Program-made: the position numbers and the translations under genes
Notes under the pieces: generated by a model
Databases searched by the model: none
Told to the model about the DNA's origin: nothing
The model's input: only the letters and a program-made list of their open reading frames with translations
Origin: Macrostomum hystrix
Taxonomy: Eukaryota > Animalia > Platyhelminthes
Reading direction: 5' to 3'
NCBI GenBank assembly: GCA_950097015.1
Contig: CATNEN010000030.1
Location: forward strand, 1,612,001-1,676,000
DNA length: 64,000 bases
Shown here: positions 1 through 13,994 of the stretch, in pieces
Numbering within the stretch: position 1 is the stretch's first letter
How the letters are laid out: each line of letters starts with the position of its first letter

Positions 1-3000
1 CGAACCAGGAACCCTAGCTAGAATCTAACTAGGAACTGTAGCTAGAATCTAACTAGGAACTGTAGCTAGAATCTAACCAGGAACTGTAGCTAGAATCTAA
101 CCAGGAACTGTAGCTAGAATCGAACCAGGAACCGTAGCTAGAATCGAACCAGGAACCGTAGCTAGAATCGAACCAGGAACCGTAGCTAGAATCGAACCAG
201 GAACCGTAGCTAGAATCGAACTAGGAACCCTAGCTAGAATCTAACCAGGAACCGTAGCTAGAATCGAACCAGGAACCGTAGCTAGAATCGAACCAGGAAC
301 CGTAGCTAGAATCGAACCAGGAACCGTAGCTAGAATCGAACCAGGAACCCTAGCTAGAATCGAACCAGGAACCCTAGCTAGAATCTAACTAGGAACTGTA
401 GCTAGAATCTAACTAGGAACCGTAGCTAGAATCGAACTAGGAACCCTAGCTAGAATCTAACCAGGAACCGTAGCTAGAATCGAACCAGGAACCGTAGCTA
501 GAATCGAACCAGGAACCGTAGCTAGAATCGAACCAGGAACCGTAGCTAGAATCGAACCAGGAACCGTAGCTAGAATCGAACCAGGAACCGTAGCTAGAAT
601 CGAACTAGGAACCCTAGCTAGAATCTAACTAGGAACTGTAGCTAGAATCGAACCAGGAACCCTAGCTAGAATCTAACTAGGAACTGTTGCTAGAATCTAA
701 CTAGGAACCGTAGCTAGAATCGAACCAGGAACCCTAGCTAGAATCTAACCAGGAACCGTAGCTAGAATCGAACCAGGAACCGTAGCTAGAATCGAACCAG
801 GAACCGTAGCTAGAATCGAACCAGGAACCCTAGCTAGAATCTAACTAGGAACCCTAGCTAGAATCTAACTAGGAACTGTAGCTAGAATCGAACTAGGAAC
901 CGAAGCTAGAATCGAACCAGGAACCCTAGCTAGAATCTAACTAGGAACTGTAGCTAGAATCTAACTAGGAACTGTAGCTAGAATCTAACTAGGAACTGTA
1001 GCTAGAATCGAACCAGGAACTGTAGCTAGAATCTAACTAGGAACTGTAGCTAGAATCTAACTAGGAACTGTAGCTAGAATCGAACCAGGAACCCTAGCTA
1101 GAATCTAACTAGGAACTGTAGCTAGAATCTAACTAGGAACTGTAGCTAGAATCGAACCAGGAACCCTAGCTAGAATCTAACTAGGAACTGTAGCTAGAAT
1201 CGAACCAGGAACCCTAGCTAGAATCTAACTAGGAACTGTAGCTAGAATCGAACCAGGAACCCTAGCTAGAATCTAACTAGGAACTGTAGCTAGAATCGAA
1301 CCAGGAACCCTAGCTAGAATCTAACTAGGAACTGTAGCTAGAATCTAACTAGGAACTGTAGCTAGAATCTAACTAGGAACTGTAGCTAGAATCTAACTAG
1401 GAACTGTAGCTAGAATCGAACCAGGAACCCTAGCTAGAATCTAACTAGGAACCGTAGCTAGAATCTAACCAGGAACCGTAGCTAGAATCGAACCAGGAAC
1501 CGTAGCTAGAATCGAACCAGGAACCCTAGCTAGAATCTAACTAGGAACTGTAGCTAGAATCTAACTAGGAACTGTAGCTAGAATCGAACCAGGAACCCTA
1601 GCTAGAATCTAACCAGGAACTGTAGCTAGAATCTAACTAGGAACCGTAGCTAGAATCGAACCAGGAACCCTAGCTAGAATCTAACCAGGAACTGTAGCTA
1701 GAATCGAACCAGGAACCCTAGCTAGAATCGAACCAGGAACCCTAGCTAGAATCTAACCAGGAACTGTAGCTAGAATCTAACTAGGAACTGTAGCTAGAAT
1801 CTAACTAGGAACCGTAGCTAGAATCGAACCAGGAACCCTAGCTAGAATCGAACCAGGAACCGTAGCTAGAATCGAACCAGGAACCGTAGCTAGAATCTAA
1901 CCAGGAACCGTAGCTAGAATCGAACCAGGAACCGTAGCTAGAATCGAACCAGGAACCCTAGCTAGAATCTAACTAGGAACTGTAGCTAGAATCGAACCAG
2001 GAACCCTAGCTAGAATCTAACTAGGAACTGTAGCTAGAATCTAACTAGGAACTGTAGCTAGAATCTAACTAGGAACCGAAGCTAGAATCGAACCAGGAAC
2101 CGTAGCTAGAATCGAACCAGGAACCGTAGCTAGAATCGAACCAGGAACCCTAGCTAGAATCTAACTAGGAACTGTAGCTAGAATCTAACTAGGAACTGTA
2201 GCTAGAATCTAACCAGGAACCGTAGCTAGAATCGAACCAGGAACCCTAGCTAGAATCTAACTAGGAACTGTAGCTAGAATCGAACTAGGAACCGTAGCTA
2301 GAATCGAACCAGGAACCCTAGCTAGAATCTAACTAGGAACCGTAGCTAGAATCGAACTAGGAACCGTAGCTAGAATCGAACCAGGAACCCTAGCTAGAAT
2401 CTAACCAGGAACTGTAGCTAGAATCGAATCAGGAACCCTAGCTAGAATCGAACCAGGAACCCTAGCTAGAATCTAACTAGGAACTGTAGCTAGAATCTAA
2501 CTAGGAACTGTAGCTAGAATCTAACCAGGAACTGTAGCTAGAATCTAACCAGGAACTGTAGCTAGAATCGAATCAGGAACCCTAGCTAGAATCGAATCAG
2601 GAACCCTAGCTAGAATCGAACCAGGAACCCTAGCTAGAATCTAACCAGGAACCCTAGCTAGAATCTAACTAGGAACCCTAGCTAGAATCGAACTAGGAAC
2701 CGTAGCTAGAATCGAACCAGGAACCCTAGCTAGAATCTAACTAGGAACTGTAGCTAGAATCTAACTAGGAACTGTAGCTAGAATCTAACCAGGAACTGTA
2801 GCTAGAATCTAACCAGGAACTGTAGCTAGAATCGAATCAGGAACCCTAGCTAGAATCGAACCAGGAACCCTAGCTAGAATCGAACCAGGAACCCTAGCTA
2901 GAATCGAACCAGGAACCCTAGCTAGAATCGAACCAGGAACCGTAGCTAGAATCGAACTAGGAACCGTAGCTAGAATCGAACCAGGAACCCTAGCATGAAT

Positions 3001-3016
3001 CGAATCAGGAACCGTA
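1..3016. repeat. 24-bp minisatellite (CGAACCAGGAACCGTAGCTAGAAT), >120 copies, runs off the window start
   Basis: Tandem unit seen directly, with CTAACT/CGAACC and CCG/CCC/CTG variants. Confidence 0.97.
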
Positions 3017-3799
3017 TCTTGGGTTTTTCTAGCATTTTTTAACCTGTATATTATGGTTGAACAAGTAGTTCTGTGATTGACACTGCTAGCTATACACACA
3101 GTTAAATGATGTAATGGTGTTAAATAATGCATGCAGAATATTTGTTGCCTGAATCGTGCACTTTCGCTAACAATGCCTTTAGTTGCATTGTAAATGGCCC
3201 CTAAAAACGAATTATTATTAAACGTAAATGCTTAAAATAGACATTGTGCCATGGAATGGGAACCAGATTGCTTGCCTCTTTAACCTACTGTAACAATGTG
3301 GCCCAAATGCTTGGTTTTTAGACCGTCTTAGACTCATTCAGAACATTATTGCTTAGCTATTGGCGATGTTACAACTGATTAAGTTAGTGTGGCTAGTTTG
3401 TTTCGCTTCATTTTTCATGTTTTTATATTATTTTTACCTTCATTAGTGATAAAGTGATATATATATATATTCCGCAGACTGTGTCACCTCTTTGTGTGTT
3501 TCTTTTATTCATTCTACAGCAGAACTTCCTTGGGATTCCATTATACTCTTTCCATGATTATTTATCTAAATGTGTTGTGTCTATTTTGTAGAATTATGTT
3601 TTCTTATACGCTAATTATAGTGATCGCTGTTCGTATATTTCTAATAAATTGTGACCACCACACAAACTATGCTAAAATGTCACTTTTAGTTCATTGTGTG
3701 GCATATTTTGCTGCAGCTTTTGACAGATAAAACAAATCAACAAAGAAATTACCTACTTCATTTTTATTTACCTGGCATGCTTTCACAAAATGTAGCTTG

Positions 3800-4495
3800 C
3801 CTGATAATGCGTGACTTGATTGATTCTTCTTGAATTGATTGATTCGTACTGACTTGATTGATTCTTCTTAAATTGATTGATTCGTAATGACTTGATTGAT
3901 TCGTCTGATTCGTCTTGACTTGATTGACAATGAGTGATTTGATTGATTCGTCTTGACTTGATTGACAATGAGTGATTTGATTGATTCCTCTTGACTTGAT
4001 TGACAATGAGTGATTCGATTGATTCGTCTTGACTTGATTGACAATGAGTGATTTGATTGATTCCTCTTGACTTGATTGACAATGAGTGATTCGATTGATT
4101 CGTCTTGACTTGATTGACAATGAGTGACTTGATTGATTCGTCTTGACTTAATTGACAATGAGTGACTTGATTGATTGGTCTTGACTTGATTGACAATGAG
4201 TGATTTGATTGATTCGTCTTGTCTTAATTGATAATGTTTTACTTGATTGATTCGTCGTGAATCGATTGATATTGTGTGACTTGATTGATTGATAAGGCGT
4301 GACTTGATTGATAGGGAATGACTTGATTCATAATTCGTGACTTTAAAAATATGAAGCGACGATGCTTGATAGTGCGTCACTTGATTGATTAGTCGTGACT
4401 TAATTGACAATGAGTGACTTGGTTAATTAGTTTTGACTTGATTGATTCGTCTTGACTTGCTTCATAAGGCGTCACTTGATTGATTAGTCGTGACT
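3800..4495. repeat. Degenerate 19/38-bp tandem repeat (GACTTGATTGATTCGTCTT GACTTGATTGACAATGAGT)
   Basis: Seen directly; accounts for the three overlapping repetitive minus-strand ORFs. Confidence 0.85.
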
Positions 4496-4732
4496 TAGGT
4501 TTACCCTGGTTACCAAAGTGTAGCTTAATACAAGCGTAAAGGCAAGTATATAAGGTCAACTGACTCCCTCCGAAATAACAGCAAGCATTTTTCTGTGCGC
4601 CTCAGATTCTCAATCCAGGTAGGCCCTGGAAATTAGCATATTAGCATACTTAACTGGCGTGAGGCTCAATATAAGGCTGATACCGCGACTGCAAACTCAA
4701 CAGCATAGGACCCTGTGAAGTAGCTGTCGATC

Positions 4733-4772
4733 ATGATTTATTTTAATGGTAGCAAGCCAGTAGGGCGGTTTT

Positions 4773-4808
<36 letters not shown>

Positions 4809-7631
4809 GCTCACAGTTGGACTCGATTCTTGCCGCAGTTGTCCTGAACAGCGGCTCGATAACTGACGGCCACGGCACTGGCGACGACGACGGAGCCGGT
4901 GTCAAAGCCGACCGCGTTGTCTCCAGGCGGATTCGATTCGTGATGCGGCGCAAGCGGAGCAGCAGTCTCAGCCTGCTGGAGTTGAACTCAACCTACGTGC
5001 CGCGCGTGCTGGACCAGCTGCGGTCTCAGGCCAGGCGCTCCCACCTGGCCAGGTGCTCCGAGTTCGGGCGCGCTGTCGGCGGCAGCACCGGCGCCTGCGT
5101 TCAGTTCAGTGTGGATTATCCCAAGACTCATGGGGAGTGGAACGGTAGGCTGTTTGCAGTGCCTGTAAAATCCGTACTTCTGTGCCTTGTCTGTACAATC
5201 TGTACAATGCCTCGCGTGTACGATTTGTACAGTACTACCTCGTCTGTACAATGCCTTTTCTGCACGAATGCTGGTGCATGATTCAGTCAATAAATTACTG
5301 ATTGCTGCTTTCAGACTTTGAAAATGCAATTAATTGGTTAATATTAAATATAAGTAGATTAGCAAAGTAGGCAGATATTGAATTTCAATCTAAACAACAT
5401 GAAACTTATTGGCATTTTGCCTCACCCGGTGCCACCTTTTTCAGGTAAAGCTTGGCATTAATTTAAACTAGAGATAAATTTATTCTAATTTATTCTTTGT
5501 TTGTCATGGCTCTTGAAACGGGTACCAGGGCCAGTTAGACCAAGTACCACTGCTAAGAATTTATGCCAGGAACCGAAGCTAGAATCGGACCAGGAACCCT
5601 AGTTAGAATCGAACCAGAAACTGTAGCTAGAATCGAACCAGGAACTGTAGCTAGAATCGGACCAGGAACTGTAGCTAGAATCGAGCCAGGAACCGTAGAG
5701 AGAATCGAACCAGGAACCGTAGCTAGAATCGAACCAAGAATCGTATCTAGAATCGAACCAGGAACCCTAGCTAGAATCGAACCAGGAACCCTTGCGAGAA
5801 TCGAACCAGAAACTGTAGCCAGAGTCGAACCAGGAACCGTAGAGAGAATCGCACCAGGAACCGTAGCTAGAATCGAACCAAGAATCGTATCTAGAATCGA
5901 ACCAGGAACCCTAGCTAGAATCGAACCAGGAACCCTTGCTAGAATCGAACCAGAAACTGTAGCCAGAGTCGAACCAGGAACTGTAGCTAGAATCGAACCA
6001 GGAACCGTTGCTAGAATCAAACCACGAACCCTTGCTAGAATCGAACCAGAAACTGTAGCCAGAATCGAACCAGGAACTGTAGCTAGAATCGAACCAGGAA
6101 CCGTTGCTAGAATCGAACCAGGAACTGTAGCGAGAATCGAACCAGGAACTGTAGCCAGAATCGAACCAGGAACTGTAGCTAGAATCGGACCAGGAACCCT
6201 AGCTACAATCGAACCAGGAACTGTAGCTAGAATCGAACCAGGAACTGTAGCAAGAATCGAACCAGGAACTGTAGCTAGAATCGAACCAGGAACTGTAGCA
6301 AGAATCGAACCAGGAACTGTAGCAAGAATCGAACCAGGAACTGTAGCTAGAATTTGTTCCTCGGTCCTTTGAGCTAAACTCATCTCGCCCCAGAGCTGCA
6401 GGTGGTTGCGCTGCTGCTGCGGCCGGCCGACAGCCAGCCGGGCCCCGCGGAGTTGCGCGCCTTTGCCAGCCTTGCCGAGGAGAGCCGCCTTCGCTCAGTG
6501 GAGGGTCTGGCCAGCAACTTTGATGTCGCCGCCTTCTGGCGAGCCGATGGCGGCGGCGAAGATGACAAAGGCGACGCGGATGGCACCGATAACGACCATG
6601 GCATCTGGCTATTCACCATCGGAGGTGGTGGCGGAGTCAGTGGCCCGAAGCTGCTTCGAGCGGCCTTGCCAACCCTGGCCGCCGCGGCAGCCGTGCTGAC
6701 CCTCGCCGGCCTCCTTGTGCGTCACCTGCATCGCCGACGCAGCCGTCTTCGCCGACGCTGGACGCACAGGCGCTGTCGTCACTGGAGTGTCGACACAACG
6801 TCGACCACCGTCGAAGATGACGGCTGCATTGAAGCGGCTGACGCGGATTCATCGCCAACTGTCATCATCGCCAGCCGGCCGGTTCGCTTCCGTGGCAACT
6901 CCGACCGACCGTTCGTTGACGCCGCCGAGGCCGCGTCGAAATTCGCGAGCCTTGTCGGCGTCCCATCGTCGGGCGTCGATGCCGCCGCCGGGTCTGGATT
7001 CCATTTGGTCGCCAGCCTGGAGCCCTGGTGGCCGGACGGCTTCGCTCTAGCTGCGCCCGACGCCAAGCCGTCGACTCTCCTAGCCGGCCTGTGGGACGCC
7101 AACTGCACCGTGGTGTGCAACCTGCAGTCCTCGCCAGGCGCCGCCTTCAACCGCGATGACAGCGGCGGAGTCGGCAAATTCCAGGTGTCCGGCCTGCGCG
7201 CCTCCTGCCATCCCAGCCACACGCTGCGCAGCCTCAGCCTGGCCTGCCTGGACACCAACCTGATGAAGCGCCTGACCCTCTGCAGCTTCACGGCCGCCTG
7301 GGACCCGGCAGTCGGCCTCCCGCTCGGTCGGGCCAACTTCGTCCGCTTCGGAGTCGCCTGCGCCGCCGCGTTGGCCGCCGCGCCTGCCTCGGCCAGGCCG
7401 GCCTTCGTCGGGCTCGGTCCCGGGCTGGCCGGCGCCGCCCTCCTGCCGGCATTCCTGGCCGCCGCCGGCGAGGTTCGCCGAAGCCGCAGCTGCGACCTGA
7501 TCCAGCTGGTGGCCCGACTGCGGCGCCTGTGCCCGCCAGCAGCGGCCAAGGAGCTGGGCCCCCGGCAGTACGTGTTCCTGCTGGAGTGCCTGCACCTGTA
7601 CGCCTTCATGCTGCGGCACAATGCCCTGTGA
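4733..7631 (+). CDS. Receptor-type protein tyrosine phosphatase-like pseudophosphatase, 2 exons, ~549 aa
   Basis: Exons 4733-5144 and 6394-7631, joined by a phase-1 GT..AG intron. Poly-Leu signal peptide, RRKR site, TM segment LPTLAAAAAVLTLAGLLV, then degenerate PTP motifs (LVASLEP~IATQGP; LWDANCTVVCNL~WEQxVxVIVML; LVARLRRLC..QYVFLLECL~VxxLRxQR..QYxF). HCxxGxGR is absent. Confidence 0.7.
5570..6355. repeat. Intronic copy of the same 24-bp minisatellite as 1-3016
   Basis: Unit translates as ARIEPGTV; lies inside intron 5145-6393. Confidence 0.95.
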
Positions 7632-7764
7632 GCCCCGCCATCGCTAGCTCCGGTTCATCCAGTGCTGCTGATATCCGAGTACTCGAGAAATGTCATTTTA
7701 TTCTCATTTTACCTCATTTGTAATCGGAATATCGAACTTAATTACATCCTTTGTCATCGCAAAA

Positions 7765-7985
7765 TCTCATCTGGTGTCTCACTTGTCATCGCAAAATCTC
7801 ATCTAGTGTCTCACCTGTCATTGCATAATCTCATCTGGTGTCTCACCTGTCATTGCATAATCTCATCTGGTGTCTCACCTGTCATCGCATAATCTCATCT
7901 GGTGTCTCACCTGTCGTCACATAATCTCATCTGGTGTCTCACCTGTCGTCACATAATCTCATCTGGTGTCTCACCTGTCGTCACA
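7765..7985. repeat. 32-bp tandem repeat (AATCTCATCTGGTGTCTCACCTGTCATCGCAT), ~7 copies
   Basis: Seen directly. Confidence 0.9.
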
Positions 7986-9871
7986 ACTGGTGAAATTGAA
8001 TCAGCCTTTTACAGTTTCAACCTTGGATGGTGCAATCGCCGGTGTTTAATTATTAATTAATGATTTATTGACTAATAACAGAAACTGTTCAAATAAATCA
8101 GTTAATTATATTTTTACGAGGGTATCCCAAAAGTTTATCGGAAATTTCTAAATGAAAACTACTACGCTCGTAAATCAAGAAGTCAAATAAGGTAATAGTT
8201 AATAGTTATTTGTATATATTCAGCGATTCTCACAATCAACCGTGTCTGCATTTACTAGCATCAGTATAATTAGATTAATGCCAGCGGAGTGCTCTAATTA
8301 TATAGCGGGGACGGGGCAGCCAGTTTTACATTAGTTTAAGTTGCTGTTTTAAACAGCGGCACAAAAACATACTAGTTAAACTAAGAAAAGTAAAAATCAA
8401 TGAAAAATAAACATTTGAAATAACAGAGACAGACTGATACGGATAGGTACCAGCGTGGTGTTTGTGTCGGGGTTGAGTTAAGAGATTGCGTTGCCTCCAG
8501 CTGAGCGTTATTCTTTCTCTAAAAAAACAATTTAAATCCTGAGCTGAGCTAATTCTAGCCAATGGGAGCGCGGGCGGGGTAGGCAGGCGGAGTGGGGTGG
8601 TTGGGCTTGCCAACCACCTCACGCCGGCAGTGCCCTAGAGGAGGCAATAGACAAGGCACAGCAGGGTGCATTAAATAGTTAACTTAATGCCTCTTGTTTA
8701 GAATCTCTCAGAGCCCATAGAAGCAGAAAAACATTTGTATCTATATACAGGCTGCGAAGCAAAACAATATAAAAAATCAGAGAAAAGATTAACTGAAACC
8801 GAGATAGTACGGTACACAAAGAAGATAGAGCAATTGAGTAGAGCAATGAATGGGATCACACTGACAGTGAGATAGGATGGACTGCTTAGCAACACTATCG
8901 TCTGTTCGAAGACAGTAGCAACAGGCCTACTATGCAGGTTTACTATAAGATTTCCAACCCTTTTCTAATGTCTCCAACCCGAAATAGTCGCATTGCTAAG
9001 CACTCATTTAATCCTAAGAGACTTGTTAATACTAATTAAATAGGTATGATATTCGCACGGTATAAATACTCGTAGAACATCTAGAAGAAACCACAAAGCA
9101 CAGAGAGAGAGAAAGAAAAAACACAAAACTTCCGCTATACAAAAAGCCACAGTACTACTTACAAGTAGCGAATAGCTGCGCTGGTGAGAGGGGTGCAGGA
9201 CGAGCAATTAATATAGAAAGTATTTACGCAGTAAATAAGTAAAAAACATGTACCTCTAGAATTTGTACAAACGGATAAAAATGAGCTGCTCGGAACTAAG
9301 AAAAAAAATTATTTTACATAAAGGAACGGAGTCTTAATCATTTTTTGAAAATAAAATAGAAACATAATAATGCTCTACCAATTTTGGCCAATATTGTCTT
9401 TGCTGTCAACTCAGTGGTGAGTGCGCGGTAAAATGTGGACATAATTAATTTTGCAAAGCAACAAAAAAGTACTAACCGAAAAAATTAGCAAGCAAAATGA
9501 GTGCGCAATCTTTATCAACTCGAGAGAACAGGCAGATAAAGCACAGATCACCATTCGAATACTGTTTCACCGATAGAAATTGTTCGACACTCGCATTGCT
9601 GCCTCCGCAACTTACTACTCATCACAGTCGCTGGACAGTAGTGCGCATGCACACACAAACCGAAGGCTAAAAAACGCGCCCAAACGTTTGTTAAATGACA
9701 AAAAACATACGAGACAGTGTAAAAAGGTAAATCTAAGGATTAACGAGTGGACAGAACTGAAATGTTAAGACAGGAGACAGTAGGGTTTGCATTAGAAAAT
9801 TTATAACTTTATTGCTAATTTATAGCAATAATTAGCTTGTGTATGTAAATCGCAACTGAAAATTGCCTACA

Positions 9872-12800
9872 GACAGACAAGCCTACAGCAAACTACAGAA
9901 CATTACAGCCAATTAGGCATCGTTGACAGACAAGCCTACAGCAAACTACAGAACATTACAGCCAATTAGGCATCGTTGACAGACAAGCCTACAGCAAACT
10001 ACAGGCCATTACAGCCAATTAGGCATCGTTGACAGACAAGCCTACAGCAAACTACAGAACATTACAGCCAATTAGGCATCGTTGACAGACAAGCCTACAG
10101 CAAACTACAGGCCATTACAGCCGATTAGGCATCGTTGACAGACAAGCCTACAGCAAACTACAGAACATTACAGCCAATTAGGCATCGTTGACAGACAAGC
10201 CTACAGCAAACTACAGAACATTACAGCCAATAAGGCATCGTTGACAGACAAGCCTACAGCAAACTACAGAACATTACAGCCAATTAGGCATCGTTGACAG
10301 ACAAGCCTACAGCAAACTACAGAACATTACAGCCAATAAGGCATCGTTGACAGACAAGCCTACAGCAAACTACAGAACATTACAGCCAATTAGGCATCGT
10401 TGACAGACAAGCCTACAGCAAACTACAGAACATTACAGCCAATTAGGCATCGTTGACAGACAAGCCTACAGCAAACTACAGAACATTACAGCCAATTAGG
10501 CATCGTTGACAGACAAGCCTACAGCAAACTACAGAACATTACAGCCAATTAGGCATCGTTGACAGACAAGCCTACAGCAAACTACAGGCCATTACAGCCG
10601 ATTAGGCATCGTTGACAGACAAGCCTACAGCAAACTGCAGAACATTACAGCCAATTAGGCATCGTTGACAGACAAGCCTACAGCAAACTACAGAACATTA
10701 CAGCCGATTAGGCATCGTTGACAGACAAGCCTACAGAAAACTACAGGCCATTACAGCCAATTAGGCATCGTTGACAGACAAGCCTACAGCAAACTACAGG
10801 CCATTACAGCCGATTAGGCATCGTTGACAGACAAGCCTACAGAAAACTACAGGCCATTACAGCCAATTAGGCATCGTTGACAGACAAGCCTACAGCAAAC
10901 TACAGAACATTACAGCCAATTAGGCATCGTTGACAGACAAGCCTACAGAAAACTACAGGCCATTACAGCCAATTAGGCATCGTTGACAGACAAGCCTACA
11001 GAAAACTACAGGCCATTACAGCCAATTAGGCATCGTTGACAGACAAGCCTACAGCAAACTACAAGCCATTACAGCCGATTAGGCATCGTTGACAGACAAG
11101 CCTACAGAAAACTACAGGCCATTACTGCCAATTAGGCATCGTTGACAGACAAGCCTACAGCAAACTACAGGCCATTACAGCCGATTAGGCATCGTTGACA
11201 GACAAGCCTACAGAAAACTACAGGCCATTACAGCCAATTAGGCATCGTTGACAGACAAGCCTACAGCAAACTACAGAACATTACAGCCAATTAGGCATCG
11301 TTGACAGACAAGCCTACAGAAAACTACAGGCCATTACAGCCAATTAGGCATCGTTGACAGACAAGCCTACAGAAAACTACAGGCCATTACAGCCAATTAG
11401 GCATCGTTGACAGACAAGCCTACAGCAAACTGCAGAACATTACAGCCGATTAGGCATCGTTGACAGACAAGCCTACAGAAAACTACAGGCCATTACAGCC
11501 AATTAGGCATCGTTGACAGACAAGCCTACAGCAAACTGCAGAACATTACAGCCAATTAGGCATCGTTGACAGACAAGCCTACAGCAAACTACAGGCCATT
11601 ACAGCCGATTAGGCATCGTTGACAGACAAGCCTACAGAAAACTACAGGCCATTACAGCCAATTAGGCATCGTTGACAGACAAGCCTACAGCAAACTACAG
11701 AACATTACAGCCAATTAGGCATCGTTGACAGACAAGCCTACAGAAAACTACAGGCCATTACAGCCAATTAGGCATCGTTGACAGACAAGCCTACAGCAAA
11801 CTACAGAACATTACAGCCAATTAGGCATCGTTGACAGACAAGCCTACAGCAAACTACAGAACATTACAGCCAATTAGGCATCGTTGACAGACAAGCCTAC
11901 AGCAAACTACAGAACATTACAGCCAATTAGGCATCGTTGACAGACAAGCCTACAGCAAACTACAGAACATTACAGCCAATAAGGCATCGTTGACAGACAA
12001 GCCTACAGCAAACTACAGGCCATTACAGCCGATTAGGCATCGTTGACAGACTAGCCTACAGTAAACTACAGAACATTACAGCCAATTAGGCATCGTTGAC
12101 AGACAAGCCTACAGCAAACTACAGAACATTACAGCCAATTAGGCATCGTTGACAGACAAGCCTACAGCAAACTACAGAACATTACAGCCAATTAGGCATC
12201 GTTGACAGACAAGCCTACAGCAAACTACAAGTCATTACAGCCGATTAGGCATCGTTGACAGACAAGCCTACAGAAAACTACAGGCCATTACAGCCAATTA
12301 GGCATCGTTGACAGACAAGCCTACAGCAAACTACAGGCCATTACAGCCGATTAGGCATCGTTGACAGACAAGCCTACAGAAAACTACAGGCCATTACAGC
12401 CAATTAGGCATCGTTGACAGACAAGCCTACAGCAAACTACAGAACATTACAGCCAATTAGGCATCGTTGACAGACAAGCCTACAGAAAACTACAGGCCAT
12501 TACAGCCAATTAGGCATCGTTGACAGACAAGCCTACAGAAAACTACAGGCCATTACAGCCAATTAGGCATCGTTGACAGACAAGCCTACAGCAAACTACA
12601 AGCCATTACAGCCGATTAGGCATCGTTGACAGACAAGCCTACAGAAAACTACAGGCCATTACTGCCAATTAGGCATCGTTGACAGACAAGCCTACAGCAA
12701 ACTACAGGCCATTACAGCCGATTAGGCATCGTTGACAGACAAGCCTACAGAAAACTACAGGCCATTACAGCCAATTAGGCATCGTTGACAGACAAGCCTA

Positions 12801-13545
12801 CAGCAAACTACAGGCCATTACAGCCGATTAGGCATCGTTGACAGACAAGCCTACAGAAAACTACAGGCCATTACAGCCAATTAGGCATCGTTGACAGACA
12901 AGCCTACAGCAAAACTACAGAACATTACAGCCAATGAGGCATCGTTGACAGACAAGCCTACAGAAAACTACAGGCCATTACAGCCAATTAGGCATCGTTG
13001 ACAGACAAGCCTACAGAAAACTACAGGCCATTACAGCCAATTAGGCATCGTTGACAGACAAGCCTACAGCAAACTACAAGCCATTACAGCCGATTAGGGC
13101 ATCGTTGACAGACAAGCCTACAGAAAACTACAGGCCATTACAGCCAATTAGGCATCGTTGACAGACAAGCCTACAGAAAAACTACAGGCCATTACAGCCA
13201 ATTAGGCATCGTGACAGACAAGCCTACAGCAAACTACAAGCCATTACAGCCGATTAGGCATCGTTGACAGACAAGCCTACAGAAACTACAGGCCATTACT
13301 GCCAATTAGGCATCGTTGACAGACAAGCCTACAGCAAACTACAGGCCATTACAGCCGATTAGGCATCGTTGACAGACAAGCCTACAGAAAACTACAGGCC
13401 ATTACAGCCAATTAGGCATCGTTGACAGACAAGCCTACAGCAAACTACAGAACATTACAGCCAATTAGGCATCGTTGACAGACAAGCCTACAGAAAACTA
13501 CAGGCCATTACAGCCAATTAGGCATCGTTGACAAACAAACTTACA
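9872..13545. repeat. 53-bp satellite (GACAGACAAGCCTACAGCAAACTACAGAACATTACAGCCAATTAGGCATCGTT), ~69 copies
   Basis: Period of 53 measured directly (9901 to 9954). Confidence 0.97.
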
Positions 13546-13994
13546 GCAAACTACAGGCTAATACAGCTAGAAATGATTACCAGGTACAGCAAAATTCACA
13601 GTTTAATCTACATTAATTTACAGACACAGAGTCATCTCGCTGAGGTAAAGCAGAACAGATTGCTTAACTGTGTCAGGGTTAAGCTTCAGGATTAGCCTTT
13701 GATAATATAAGGGAATTTAAAATGGAACAAAAAATCTAGATTGAAGTGTTATTTATGAGTGATAAGAGATGACACACGCGAGGCAAATATCACATTTATT
13801 CCTTAAATTAAAACTAAACAGACAGAATTAAACATGCAGATTAATAAATATTAGCAGCATAGCTCATTAAATAGCAGATCTGTGCGTTAAAAATTACACT
13901 ACTACTGGCGAGAGTAGTAACATGCAAACAATTCTGTGAAGAAGCTATAAATAAAAAAACAATAAAAACAAGGCGATGATTACAAACTAGGAAA

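Noticed and set aside
5553-6383. 269/276-aa ORFs on both strands (ARIEPGTV/ILATVPGS repeats)
   Set aside because: Translations of a stop-free 24-bp intronic minisatellite; the flanking exons join in phase without them
8280-9240. G-rich patch and possible LTR or Helitron remnant
   Set aside because: No TIR, TSD, paired LTR or coding similarity could be established
9872-13545. CRISPR-like appearance of the regular arrays
   Set aside because: Units are contiguous with no unique spacers, there are no cas genes, and the context is eukaryotic
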